From Corallochytrium limacisporum Hawaii (Eukaryota; Protista; Pluriformea): a DNA stretch of 64,000 nucleotides. Made by a program: the position numbers and the translations under genes. This document shows positions 1-11,288 of the stretch, piece after piece. Below the pieces are notes generated by a model. That model was not told where the DNA came from, did no database searches, and saw nothing but the letters and a program-made list of their open reading frames with translations. The stretch lies in contig PDIP01000041.1 of assembly GCA_002811645.1 (NCBI GenBank), positions 1-64,000 of the forward strand. The letters run 5' to 3'. Position 1 is the first letter of the stretch. Every line of letters starts with the position of its first letter.

Positions 1-153
1 CCCCCCCCCCCCCCAACCAAAGCGCACAAACCAGTCCCTCCCCGGATGCCATTCCGAACCCTCCTAACAATCACCACTGGGGTACGCCCAGTGTGTGCGT
101 GTGTGTGCGTGTCTCCGTTAAAACGAAAAATTTTCGGGAATTTCCGCGAATGG

Positions 154-185
<32 letters not shown>

Positions 186-760
186 AGGGGGGAGGGGGGG
201 AGGCGAGAGCGAGAGAGCTTAGAGGGGACAGAGCAGGCAAAGGACTGCAAGGGCCGGGACGACGGCCCCTCCCCTCCCCCCCCTTCACCCCAAGCAGCGG
301 GCCCCTTCCTCGTCCCCGACCCAACAGATCCGCCGCGAGCACGATTGGCAGAAAAGACAGAACGGCGAGCTTGAAACTCACACACACAACGCACCTCGCA
401 CCCCGCAAGTGTTATACCAGCAACTTGTAACATAATATCATCGGCAGGATGCGGGGACAAAGGGGGGTGGGGTGGAAGCCGGGGGGCCCGCGCGCACACT
501 CCGGACATGCACACACACACACACACACGCACGCACACTCTCGCAAAAACCCGCAGGCATTCCATCGCGCAGAAACTTGCCACCACCACCAAGACCTCCG
601 TCCGTTTTGGTGGAGGGACCCCAACCCACTGCGGCCTGGGGGGTCCCGAGAGAAGGGGGGGGTGGGTAGACCAAGCACTGGGCGTCCTCGCGCCGGTTCA
701 TTAAGTACTGAAAAAGTTCACCGGGTTAAGGGACAGCGCCCCCCCCCCCCTCTCACTCAC
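1..760. repeat. Low-complexity island: poly-C/poly-G, (GA)n, (CA)n microsatellites
   Basis: Directly visible: C-run at 1-15, (GA)n ~154-185, (CA)n ~510-537, C-run ~738-750. Overlapping ORFs translate only repeats. Confidence 0.9.
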
Positions 761-991
761 TCTCTTACCAGTTGGAGGACCGTTGGTCTACCAAAAGAGA
801 AACCCCTCCCTACTTTCCCGCTCTCTGATTGGTGCAAAACACGCAATACACCGCCTCCATTGGACCACGGTCGTTTGGTGTGCGAGCCGCAGTGGAGGAA
901 CCTGGAAGACAGTTTGGTTAAAGACTTGTTTCGAACCCACTCGTCATTTGTGGCTTCTGGTAAGGCACCGAAATTGGCTACGGCGGAGCCC

Positions 992-2206
992 TTAGAGCCG
1001 GGCCGCCGCGGCCTTTTCGGTCATTGACGGCCTCTCATCCGTCGATTGTTTCTGAGCATGCCTCAGCATCCAGAGCATGGCGAAATCAATATGCTCCACG
1101 CATCCTGGCAATTCGCTCGAGTTGAGAATACCATGGTACTGCCCATCGAACACCCGACACGCCACATCCACTCCCAATTCCATCATGGTTTTGCAATATT
1201 TAATGGCCCGGTCGGTGAGGAAGTCCAGTTCGCCTGTGGTGTGTACCGTCGGCGGGAACTGCGCAACGATGCTTGGATCAGTGACCTCTGGGTCGAGATA
1301 CTTAGCACTGACGTTGATTCCTTGCCCGCAGAACGGTGGGTGCAGCGTGCAGAGCATGTGTCGCGCCGCACTCTCGTGGAAGACAACACCGTTTTTGCCA
1401 TACTGGTCCTCCGTCGGCAGCCTGTCTTCTCCTGCGAAGAACGAGTAGGCCATCCACAGACCGCGAACCTTGTACTTCCCTAGCTGCGCGTTCTCCAGGA
1501 TCTGCACCATTGCCGCATTGGTCATGCCACCGCCGGCGCTCGGACCAGTAATGTAGATACCTCGTTTCCTGTGGTCCGCTCCGTATCTTTCCAGTTCAAG
1601 CACAATATTCTTGTCATTGAAGGACCACTCGACCATACTGTAGGCATCGTCAAAGGGTATCGGATACTGGAACTCGGGCGCCATGCGGTAGTCCATGGAC
1701 AACACCAGCATATCGTAGCGTTTGGCAATGGTACGACACATTGCATCGTAGCTCGGGGTGGCACGGCTGAACATCATATAGCCACCGCCATGGTACACTA
1801 TCAGCACATCTCGCGTTTGTGCGTTGCCCTTTCGGACTGACTGACCCACTTCCGCAATGGCATTTGGCGGGATGAATAGCCGCGCTTTGTTGCTGTGGAC
1901 TGTTGACGTGAAGTCTCTGGTCACGACACCATCCTCGCTGTTTTGGGCACGGCTCGGTGGTGGATCGTGCACAATCTCTGGCTGCTCGTCCCTTTCAATT
2001 AGCTCTTCGAACCAGCGACTGTACGGAAAGGGTGATCCTTCGTACATATTGGTACCGAACATTATGACAGGCATGACCACGGAGTCGACCACTCGAATAC
2101 GGATCGGAATCCGGGGGTCGTAGTGGACCTGGACATACCCAGCGACGGCAGCAATGACGGCCACCAGAACGGCCACCAGCCTACCCATGAGACCGAGGAA
2201 TCGCAT
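992..2206 (-). CDS. HSL-family (Abhydrolase_3) carboxylesterase, arylacetamide deacetylase-like, with N-terminal signal anchor
   Basis: HGGG oxyanion motif (VYHGGGY), DYRMAPE..YP..FDD, nucleophile elbow GPSAGG, GELD acid and HG histidine. ATG at 2206 (or 2188) precedes hydrophobic LVAVLVAVIAAVAG. The upstream GTG extension to 2371 is probably not coding. Confidence 0.9.
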   Translation of the reverse strand: MRFLGLMGRLVAVLVAVIAAVAGYVQVHYDPRIPIRIRVVDSVVMPVIMFGTNMYEGSPFPYSRWFEELIERDEQPEIVHDPPPSRAQNSEDGVVTRDFTSTVHSNKARLFIPPNAIAEVGQSVRKGNAQTRDVLIVYHGGGYMMFSRATPSYDAMCRTIAKRYDMLVLSMDYRMAPEFQYPIPFDDAYSMVEWSFNDKNIVLELERYGADHRKRGIYITGPSAGGGMTNAAMVQILENAQLGKYKVRGLWMAYSFFAGEDRLPTEDQYGKNGVVFHESAARHMLCTLHPPFCGQGINVSAKYLDPEVTDPSIVAQFPPTVHTTGELDFLTDRAIKYCKTMMELGVDVACRVFDGQYHGILNSSELPGCVEHIDFAMLWMLRHAQKQSTDERPSMTEKAAAARL

Positions 2207-2734
2207 GCAGCAAGTTGGCCTCCTTTTGTTGGACGAGGGTACACAGCCTCGGCTTTTCATTTCCGGTTCGGGGAACTTGTGAACGCTTTGATCTATCGAA
2301 CTTCCATACCGGCACTGTTCCAAGATTCTTGTTCTGGCACCGCAGGAAGGAGTGCGTTCTACAGTATGCACTCACAAATAGATCGAACATGGAGCCCGCC
2401 AGGCCCCAATCATCCTTTTCATTTCATCCACACATCCCTTGGAATAGAAGTTTTCTGCTGGCATCATCATGGTGATTGTTACCACTATCGGAGCGAGTCC
2501 TGACGGACTCACTACTTAGGATCTCCCTTAAACCGGGGAAAACAGCCATACCATAGTCGTTAAGAATTTGCTGACGTGCGGGCCCCGTTCAGTATCCAGC
2601 GTGTCCGTCTTCAGATGCATTGTTTGTTAGGGTATCAGTTTTATTTCGTAGGCAGATTGTTGCGGAGCCGGCCGGGAAAATGGGAGGAGCGGGATTGGGG
2701 GGGGGGGTGAAGGACAGGAGGAACCGTTGGTGGG

Positions 2735-2748
2735 TTGGCGCCAAAAAA
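2735..2748 (-). promoter_or_regulatory. E2F-like site (TTTTTTGGCGCCAA, palindromic core) in the divergent promoter of the H1-like gene
   Basis: Matches E2F consensus TTTSSCGC; ~330 bp upstream of ATG 3078. Confidence 0.4.
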
Positions 2749-3077
2749 TGGCGGACCTGAGAACGAACGTCAATCTCCTTTGAACCTCTACCTCTGGTGG
2801 AAGACCCTGTCGACGAACACAGCCGCCGATTCACACTGACTAACAAGCCTGTTTATTTCGCTTAGTTTTGGTGGTGGTATGAAAACCAATGGGCATGATG
2901 GATAAGTATGGATGCTGTCTACAGCTCAGACAAGAGCGAGGGACGGGTGTTACCGGCAGGTTACATGCTCAGAAAGATTAGGACAATGTCGAAAAGTTCG
3001 TAAGAGAATCTAAACGAAACGTGCACAAGACGTTTAATTCAACCATATCAAGATCAAATCAATACACATAGATAACG

Positions 3078-4901
3078 ATGCCTAGGTTGTCACAAAGTCC
3101 GATTCGCTCCCCGAGTCGGAACACAAAGAAAAAGCAAACCACACCGATGCTACCCAAGACAAAGACACCAAAGGCCGCTTCTCCGAATGTAGCCAGCCAG
3201 AGCCAGGGACGTGGGTCCGGGTCTTCAATGGGAACATCTTCGTTAGGATCTGTGGCAAAGAGGCCGAAGATTAAGGCCAAGCCAAAGCCAAGGAAAAAAC
3301 AGTCAGCGGCGCACGATACCATGATGTCGCCAAGGCAGGTCAAGAGCCAACCGAACCCAACAACCACAAAAACAGAAGGTGCACCCAAAGGTACAGCAAC
3401 TGCAAGTAGTGCCAGAAAATTACTGCTGCAGGAGGATAAGGCCGGGGCGGCGCCCAAAACTAAGGCCCAGCTTAAGTCGCCAGCTAGGCAAAATACTGGC
3501 GCCAAAGCTAAGGCTAAGGCCAAGTCTAAGGCCAAGAAGCTCCCAAAGCCAGCCACAGAGAGGAAGCCAGTTGCTAAATTCAAGGCAAAGGCCAAGGCAA
3601 AGGCCAAAGCAAAGGTCAAGGCCAAGCCAGCAGCGACGAAAACAGCGAAGACTAAGCCTGTGGGCAAGAGTGTGGCCAAGGCCAAGGTCACCCCCAAGAG
3701 CAAGACCAAAGCAAAGGCCAAGGCAAAGACCAAAGTAAAGGCCAAAGCTAAGGCTAAGACTAAGGCCAAGTCTGCACCTAAATCCAAGGCAAAAGCTAAG
3801 GCGAAGACGAAGGCTAAGGCCAAGCCGAAGGCACCTGCCAAACGGACTCCGCGAAAACCTAAGCAGTCAGAGCGGGCAGAGGAGCCTGCCTCCGGAACCA
3901 CCAAAGAAGTAGCAGAACCCAAGAGGCCCGAGGACATGGATGAAGACGAGCTCGACTGGCAGGCCTACAACGGCGGCAAGAAGACAAAGATTCCTCCGCC
4001 TCTTCGCTACATTGCCAAGGATTACTATCTCTCTCGTGGCCGTCTGGCTGGATCCTTCACTGTCAACGGCGGGGTCAAGACCCGGCTCCGGGTGGGTAAC
4101 CAGATCGTGCAGGTCAGCGTGCAGCCCTTTACTGCAACCGCCAAGGAAGCGGTACTGGCCAAGGAGAATGTCCGCCTGGACCTGGAGCGAGTGCTGGTCG
4201 TTCTCGCCTCTTTGAATTTCTCCGGTGGACCGATGAAAGGACTTCGCGTCACCGTCGTGCCGTATAGTCGCGCGGAATGGACCGCTGCGAAGGACTATGA
4301 CTTCATCTCCCTAGAAACACGGGCTCCGCTGGCCAAGGAACCGTTCGAAGTCCGTTGTGGGTACTACCTCAACACTGATGACGAAGACGCCTTCGGCGCC
4401 AACGCCCTCGTCGCTCCTTGGGATGATGCCAAGTTCCTGCCCTACACTGGGCGCGGACCTGTCGAATTCGGTGCACAGCAGGTGCGCAGCCACCCACTCT
4501 ACGAAGACAACGACGAAGAGAACGACGAAGACAAGGAAAATGCCGATGATGATGTCGAACACGCGAAAGTGGCGGAGAATGTTCTAGACTTGAAGATGGA
4601 CACTGCATTCAGTGCCTTTGTCGCGATGCGCTTCCCTGAACAACGAGACACCGTGGCCGGTCCCGAGGCCGTCTACAAGCAGCTCTCTGGTCAGGGCGCT
4701 GAAGCTGTTGAAGCCAAGGTCACGAAGCAACAGTTTGTGGAGGAAGGCAAGAGTCCCGTACATATCGCCAGTCCCCCTGCCAAGCGGATGACTAGGTCCA
4801 AGACGGGCAGTTTGCCGTCCCAGCGTTTCGAACCTGAGGACCGTCGCCAGAGCATGATTGGTCAGCTTTTCAGCATGGTGCGGACCGGATTGGGCATCTA
4901 A
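3078..4901 (+). CDS. Histone H1-tail-like Lys/Ala/Pro-rich protein with an unrecognised C-terminal globular domain
   Basis: 607 aa ORF; (AK)n tract at about aa 140-260; many S/T-P-x-K/R motifs; no H15 winged helix recognised. Confidence 0.75.
   Translation: MPRLSQSPIRSPSRNTKKKQTTPMLPKTKTPKAASPNVASQSQGRGSGSSMGTSSLGSVAKRPKIKAKPKPRKKQSAAHDTMMSPRQVKSQPNPTTTKTEGAPKGTATASSARKLLLQEDKAGAAPKTKAQLKSPARQNTGAKAKAKAKSKAKKLPKPATERKPVAKFKAKAKAKAKAKVKAKPAATKTAKTKPVGKSVAKAKVTPKSKTKAKAKAKTKVKAKAKAKTKAKSAPKSKAKAKAKTKAKAKPKAPAKRTPRKPKQSERAEEPASGTTKEVAEPKRPEDMDEDELDWQAYNGGKKTKIPPPLRYIAKDYYLSRGRLAGSFTVNGGVKTRLRVGNQIVQVSVQPFTATAKEAVLAKENVRLDLERVLVVLASLNFSGGPMKGLRVTVVPYSRAEWTAAKDYDFISLETRAPLAKEPFEVRCGYYLNTDDEDAFGANALVAPWDDAKFLPYTGRGPVEFGAQQVRSHPLYEDNDEENDEDKENADDDVEHAKVAENVLDLKMDTAFSAFVAMRFPEQRDTVAGPEAVYKQLSGQGAEAVEAKVTKQQFVEEGKSPVHIASPPAKRMTRSKTGSLPSQRFEPEDRRQSMIGQLFSMVRTGLGI
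3500..3845 (+). repeat. Degenerate hexamer coding repeat (AAGGCN)n encoding AK dipeptides
   Basis: aaggctaaggccaag... repeated throughout. Confidence 0.85.
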
Positions 4902-5158
4902 GAATAAAACCACGATATCAAATGAACTCACAGTTCCATCAGAAAATCATGTGTTTTATATAACAAACCAATTTCTTGGGAATGTAAAATAGTGTAACAA
5001 AGATTATGTGTGTTGTGGGATATTTTTGGCTTGGGACTTGTTGAGGGTTACGGTGAGTGTGAGTGTCGGAGGTAAAATTGGGTAGAACGTTGGAGGGAAA
5101 TAGGACAACGAAACAAACTCCCATGACCAGCCGGTGGTCACTTATCTGACCCATCCAT

Positions 5159-7438
5159 TTAGGCAGCAGCCACCGTCTCGGCTTCAGTCTCAGCGACCAC
5201 CGGGGCGGGTTCCTTGCCCTTGCCGTTTAGCTTGGCCTGGACTGCGTCGGGATCGCCATTGATTTGCTCAGTGCCGTTGATATTTTCTGCGGTTACCGTC
5301 TCGGACGTTTCAGTGCCGACCTCCGCAGGTTCTTTGCTCGACGATGCGACGGAGCTGCTAGGACCTGCGCCAGAGTTCAGATCGCTCGTACCAACGGCAG
5401 CGTCCACCGCGCCGTCGCCCACATCTGCTGCAACAAAATTCTTGGGTATCAATTCGGCGGTGCGGGCCAGATCGTATACGTAACCCCGAATTTCGTTCTC
5501 GCTGCGACCCGAGAGGTACGGTGTCATCCACTTGCGGTCGATGTAGTCCTTGAGTTGCCACATTTTGTGGTTGTGCATGACCTTGCCCCACTTCGAGCCA
5601 ATGGCAGTGCCGTCACCGCACATGATCAGGGACAGAAAATCATTCTGCGGTTTGTATGGTTTCAGGATGCTGTCTGGCAGTGAATCGTTCACTGCCTTCT
5701 GCTCGATGGCAATGCTGAGGTTTTCCACCAGCACGGGCCCCTGACGCACCGCGTACACTCCCGCTTTGGGGATATTCTCTCCGATTGCGTCTGTCCCCTC
5801 CATGTGAATGCAATCACCGGCGCCAAAAATTGCCTTCGCTGTACCCACGGCCCGCAGATGGTTGTCCACGGCGAAGTAACCCTCATCAGTCAGCGGAATG
5901 CCTACGCACCGCCTGAGCATCACTGGCGCCTGCGCACCGAGCGAGGAGATCAGAATATTAAACGGCAGAGCCGCGCGGTTGTCCGTGATGGCCTTGCCGT
6001 CGCGCACTTCCGCAATGCGACAATGTCCGATGAAACGGATACCGTGCTTCTGCATGACACGCAGTATCTTCTCCCTCACCTTGGGCTCATAGGATTTCAA
6101 AGGATTCGCATTCGCGTCCACAACGGTGACGTCCGGCTTGAATCCCTCTAGCATCAGGCGCTGTTTCATAGCAAAGCCAAGCTCCACACCAGCAGCACCA
6201 GCTCCCAGCACCAACACGCGCACCATCTGGCCCCTTCCGCGAGGCGGATTCTTCTTCAATTGGACAGCCAGGACATCGGGGTCGTCCTTCTTAGGCGCCA
6301 TCGGCACCGCAGCAGCCTTGGCAGGGGATCCCATACCCTCAAGGTCGTTGGTGCTCCCGGCCTCCTCATCTGTCACTTTGGCATCTTCGCCCTTATCTTT
6401 GACGGGCGAGGCAGCAGCCTTGTCTTCTGCGGTTGTGGTCTCACCACCAGCCTCAGCTACCTCTGTAGCAGCCCGCTCCGCCTTATTCTTCTCTGCATTG
6501 CGCTTGAAAGAGCCAATAACCCTATTGATCATGGCCATTGCCGTAGAGTCGACGGACTCACGCTCACCCTCGTTCAAGGTTGGACCGCTCTTGTCATCCT
6601 TCAGTGGAGATCCCGGAGTTCCAACAGCCTCTACGTCCGCAGCAACGTTCTCGGACGATTGTGAGGCCTTGTTCTCCTTCTTCACTTTCTTCTGCGGGTC
6701 GTAGTGGTGCTTGATGGTTTCAATTTCGTAGTAGAGGCGTACAATAAACTCGTTGATCGGACGCGTTTTGATGGCCCGTTCGTTGAGACCAGCGATACCC
6801 ATGTCCGGAGAATCTGAGCCCATGTTCACGCTCAAAATATCAAATTCGACATACTCCCCAGTTTTGAGCAGGACGTTCTGGTTGGCCGTGTCGATGAGCT
6901 GCACTTCCTCCTCGATGAATTTCCAACCGTTTCTCTGGCAGGTTTGTGGCACGTCCACCATAAAATCCCTGAGATTGTACAGACCGGAAATACCCCCAGG
7001 GGTCATTCCGGAGTACGCAGCAAATTGGCTCGGAGAGATCAGCGTCAACTCGATGGACAGGTGCTTCTCGAATTCTTTGACAGCGGCAGCGCCCTTTTGC
7101 CGCTTCACGGCCTTCATGGCCAGACTCTTGACCTTGTCGTAGGTCAGGGATAACACAACCTGCGAGTGGGCGTGCCCAGCACCGACCAGAACCATGCGAC
7201 AGCTGTAGGTGTGGCTGGTGCGCTGGGCGATTTCCTCCTGTGCCTTTAGGGCGGTGGGAGTAGATGGATTAGCCAATACTGGCGTGCGTGGACCCTCATT
7301 CGCGACGGTCGGATGCTTTGCCTTGGCGACATCAATGCCGGGAACCTCGGGCTTCGATGACGCTTTCTCCACCGCAGCCTTGGCTGCTTCGTTGTCCACT
7401 GAGCGACGGCTGTTGCTCTTCTTCACGTTGGCAGACAT
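5159..7438 (-). CDS. FAD-dependent pyridine nucleotide-disulfide oxidoreductase of the family found N-terminal to SelD, stand-alone, with a long low-complexity insert
   Basis: VLVGAGHAH, YSGMTPG..SGLY, second Rossmann motif VLGAGAAGVE, FGAGDC, PKAGVYAVRQGP, YKPQ..FLSLI, WQLKDYIDRKWM. Confidence 0.85.
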   Translation of the reverse strand: MSANVKKSNSRRSVDNEAAKAAVEKASSKPEVPGIDVAKAKHPTVANEGPRTPVLANPSTPTALKAQEEIAQRTSHTYSCRMVLVGAGHAHSQVVLSLTYDKVKSLAMKAVKRQKGAAAVKEFEKHLSIELTLISPSQFAAYSGMTPGGISGLYNLRDFMVDVPQTCQRNGWKFIEEEVQLIDTANQNVLLKTGEYVEFDILSVNMGSDSPDMGIAGLNERAIKTRPINEFIVRLYYEIETIKHHYDPQKKVKKENKASQSSENVAADVEAVGTPGSPLKDDKSGPTLNEGERESVDSTAMAMINRVIGSFKRNAEKNKAERAATEVAEAGGETTTAEDKAAASPVKDKGEDAKVTDEEAGSTNDLEGMGSPAKAAAVPMAPKKDDPDVLAVQLKKNPPRGRGQMVRVLVLGAGAAGVELGFAMKQRLMLEGFKPDVTVVDANANPLKSYEPKVREKILRVMQKHGIRFIGHCRIAEVRDGKAITDNRAALPFNILISSLGAQAPVMLRRCVGIPLTDEGYFAVDNHLRAVGTAKAIFGAGDCIHMEGTDAIGENIPKAGVYAVRQGPVLVENLSIAIEQKAVNDSLPDSILKPYKPQNDFLSLIMCGDGTAIGSKWGKVMHNHKMWQLKDYIDRKWMTPYLSGRSENEIRGYVYDLARTAELIPKNFVAADVGDGAVDAAVGTSDLNSGAGPSSSVASSSKEPAEVGTETSETVTAENINGTEQINGDPDAVQAKLNGKGKEPAPVVAETEAETVAAA

Positions 7439-7941
7439 AGCGTTGGTCTTGTTGCCAGTTCTTCCCTTATGCTCGTTGTGTTATGTTTATGAGTCAAAGT
7501 ATATTTCTTTACCCTTGTTTTCTCCAGATCAAAACGTCCTTGATAGAACACGATGGTGTCAGTCCATCACCGAGACCCACTCGTTTCTAGTGACAAGGGA
7601 ATGAACGTATCTGAACTTTTGGCTATTGTTATTCTTGCGCTTGGTCCCCAAGCGACGCAAAAAAGACTTGGTAGCCCTGCGATTCAGTTTATTTTTGGCT
7701 GGAGTTGGTCTTTGCTGATCACGGTTTTTTTTCAGATGTGCAGATGGAGATGCGGAAGTACCCCCGTTTCATTACTGAGACACCCGTGACCGCCGGAGAC
7801 TCATGGAGTCCAATCCAGGTCCCATCAATACATCGATTGAGGCAACCTCGTGTGCCATGGCTGCTCCACACCACAAACAGAAAACCAAAAAATTCTCCAA
7901 AAGAAACTCAAGAAACACAGCGGTACCAAACCACCCCCCAA

Positions 7942-8288
7942 NNNNNNNNNNNNNNNNNNNNNNNNNNNNNNNNNNNNNNNNNNNNNNNNNNNNNNNNNNN
8001 NNNNNNNNNNNNNNNNNNNNNNNNNNNNNNNNNNNNNNNNNNNNNNNNNNNNNNNNNNNNNNNNNNNNNNNNNNNNNNNNNNNNNNNNNNNNNNNNNNNN
8101 NNNNNNNNNNNNNNNNNNNNNNNNNNNNNNNNNNNNNNNNNNNNNNNNNNNNNNNNNNNNNNNNNNNNNNNNNNNNNNNNNNNNNNNNNNNNNNNNNNNN
8201 NNNNNNNNNNNNNNNNNNNNNNNNNNNNNNNNNNNNNNNNNNNNNNNNNNNNNNNNNNNNNNNNNNNNNNNNNNNNNNNNNNNNNNNN
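7942..8288. other. Assembly gap (N run)
   Basis: Ns in sequence. Confidence 1.
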
Positions 8289-10071
8289 TTTTTCATTCTT
8301 TTGTTATGGAACCAGGGCAAGGGAGGCGATGTGTTTTTGTTATTTCCTTTGGGTAGTTTTTCTGTCCCGTTCCGTTTTCTTAGCCAAATTAAAAAAGAAA
8401 TGGAAACCCATAATCAACACAACGCACACACACACTTTCACTATTAGAATACCACCCCTCCCCGCTCCTTCTACCACCCCTCCCGGTCTCCGGTAAAACG
8501 GAGAGTTTGAGAGATCATCAATAGTCAGTCGTGGTGGGCAAGCCCCCCCCTCTCCCGGTCCTCCTTCTTCTCCTTCTTCGGCGGGGCATCACACCGTCAT
8601 AAAAAAAATATGAAAAAGAGCCACTGCTTCTTATCCAGCTCCCGGCTTTTCTCTCCTGTCCTGACCCACACACACACACACACTCTCTCTCTCTCCGTGC
8701 CTTTGGCGCTTGCGGCTTCATGGCTGGCGGCGGTGGACTGTTTTGCTTCGGTTCTCGGGCCTGCTTTGCTGCACAGGCCCCTCTTTCGTGTTTCTTTTGT
8801 TTCTTTGTTTTTGCTTTTCCTTGATTTTCGGGATCCTTTCCCGGGGAGTTCGTGGCAGTCACCAACTTTTGTTAAGCCCCCGAGCTGCAGGAAGACGCAA
8901 GGAATCTCAGTTCATTCATTATCAAAATATCCCTTCCTTACCCAGACGGCATGGGTAGTGAGGGGGTGGGGGTATGGTGGAGATAGCGAGCGAGGGGAGA
9001 GCAAGGAAGGGAAGGAGGGGGGAGGGTGAGGGGGGGAGCAAAAAGGACAGGGCCCCCTCCCCAGCGCGGGCTCTCCCTCAGAGCCGGTGCGCGGTGGGCT
9101 CCCTCCCTCCCTCCCCCTCTCTTCCCTGGCCTTCTCTCCCTCTCGCTCTCTCCTCCCCCCCCTCCAACAACACCGGCCGGGCCATCTCCGCGGAGGAAGG
9201 GTTCTTTTGCCCGTCTTTCATTTATAGGCACACCTGCCTTACCCAATAACTTCCATTACTTCAAGAGTTTAGTATATTTAATGTACTGAATTAATATGAC
9301 CAATTTGTACTAATTTGTGTATATAAGCGAAGAAGTAAACAGCAAGGACGGAGACGTGGAAGGAACACAAAGGAAGCAAGGAGAAAAACGTGCAAATCGG
9401 TCCAGCCGAGGGGAGCGACTACGGGGGAATGGGATCCCCTCCCTATCACTCCCACTGTCCGCCTTTTTATACAAAATATACAGACTTCTCCAAGCCCCAT
9501 TGGGGAATTGGGGTCAGCAGAAACAGCGAAAAGAGGGAAGGAAGGCGCGCAGGGGGAGAGGGAGACGGAGCAGAACAAACGAAGAGTGTCGTCAGTTCCG
9601 GTCCTCTGTCCCTCTCCCTCTCTCTCTCGGTGTCTTCTCGTGTATCTCTCTCTCTCTCTCTCTCTCCATACAAATAGTACCTATCTTTCTCCCTCCCCGA
9701 AGAAAAAGAAAAAGAGGGAGGAGGGGGGGAGGGTTTGGTAAAAAGGAAAGGGGGACAGAGCGAGCGGGGAGAGGGAGAGAGAGGGGGGGGAAGGGCCCTA
9801 GGGCCAAATAAGGAAACGGGCAGCCCACGGGGGAGAGTCTCCTGTATTCCACGGTTTTTTGTAATTAGTCAGCGTGACGTTCCGGTAGTGGTTGGTTCGG
9901 TATGACCAAGGGCTGGTCTGTGAAAGGGAAGACGTATTGGACGGGGGGAGGGCTTTGTTCTGGCCCCCTGTTCAAATGCCTTTCGGTGGTTTGCGTGCGG
10001 GTCGTGCCGTGCGTGGCGGGCAGGGATCAGTGCGCTCTGGCTTGGCCCCATTCTCTGAACACTCCCCCCCC

Positions 10072-10422
10072 NNNNNNNNNNNNNNNNNNNNNNNNNNNNN
10101 NNNNNNNNNNNNNNNNNNNNNNNNNNNNNNNNNNNNNNNNNNNNNNNNNNNNNNNNNNNNNNNNNNNNNNNNNNNNNNNNNNNNNNNNNNNNNNNNNNNN
10201 NNNNNNNNNNNNNNNNNNNNNNNNNNNNNNNNNNNNNNNNNNNNNNNNNNNNNNNNNNNNNNNNNNNNNNNNNNNNNNNNNNNNNNNNNNNNNNNNNNNN
10301 NNNNNNNNNNNNNNNNNNNNNNNNNNNNNNNNNNNNNNNNNNNNNNNNNNNNNNNNNNNNNNNNNNNNNNNNNNNNNNNNNNNNNNNNNNNNNNNNNNNN
10401 NNNNNNNNNNNNNNNNNNNNNN
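10072..10422. other. Assembly gap (N run)
   Basis: Ns in sequence, flanked by a C-run and CCCCGGGGGGG. Confidence 1.
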
Positions 10423-11288
10423 CCCCGGGGGGGAAGACCACGCACACGCGCACACAGAGAGAGAGAGAGAGAGAAAGAGAGAGATAAAAAGAGAGAGAGA
10501 GCGAGAGAGAGATACCAAAAGAGCGACGCATTCAACACCGCAGAGACGCATAGACACACAGACACAAGGCACCGGCACACAGGTACCACACAACTACCCC
10601 TTGATTCCTTATGCACGACACGACAGGTAACTGATGAAGTAAAATTTAGAATGAGTATGAGGATCCGAGATCTCCAAAGCACACGATCGCCGCGTACATC
10701 GTCATCATCTATGTATGCCATCAGTGTGTGTATTGACCATCATTTCCCTGGTGAAGCGTGTGCAGGGGGTGTGCTTTTATCTCCAGTACTGCTCATCTAC
10801 TTTTTTAATATTCCCAATGTATTCTCCTGACAACAAAAGAAGTGAAGACACATGCATGGTGGCCTGTGCGCTCGTGTGGACTCCATACATCTTTGTATGC
10901 TGCCATAAAGCTGACAAGATCCTCATCCAGCCTGCACGGCCTCGGGGTTGTTCTTGGATTCCTTAAATATTTTGAATCTGTATTTAGGGGCCTAATATAT
11001 TGTATTATCTGCCCCTCGGGGTTGGAGTGGCGGGTTCTGCATGGGAGAAAGTTGAGTTAGTCAGCTGGCATCAGGCAGTAGCGGAGACAGGAATGACGGT
11101 AGCAAACGTCGTGAAAGGATGCTGGTACTTTTAGTGTTGTGAAGGTTGGATGATGTACTGGCGGTTTCAAATTCTAATTGCGTAATCGAATCCATGGTAT
11201 CCTTGTCAGCATGACTGGATGAGCATAGACAAGACTGATAGAGCTAGTTCCCCACACAGTGACGCACGCCCCACGGACTCTTGCACCA

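Larger units (their letters stand above)
7880..10590. repeat. Large low-complexity island (microsatellites, polypurine/polypyrimidine tracts, G/C runs) containing two assembly gaps
   Basis: (CA)n/(CT)n ~8667-8695, (CT)n ~9645-9665, (GA)n ~10456-10512, AT-rich core ~9245-9330, N-runs at 7942-8288 and 10072-10422. Confidence 0.9.

Noticed and set aside
925-945. GGTTCGAAAC B-box-like word on the - strand (possible tRNA)
   Set aside because: I could not form a cloverleaf or matching T-stem.
71-1027. Multiple overlapping ORFs in the first island
   Set aside because: Translations are microsatellite products (HTHT, RERE, LSLS) with no domain signal.
3059-3937. 292-aa hydrophobic antisense ORF (LALA)
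   Set aside because: Mirror of the AK repeat on the + strand.
10631-10680. CTGATGA (hammerhead core or C/D snoRNA box C)
   Set aside because: No properly placed GAAA/stem II, or terminal stem with box D.
7705-10830. ORFs spanning N-runs
   Set aside because: Their length is an artefact of the gaps.
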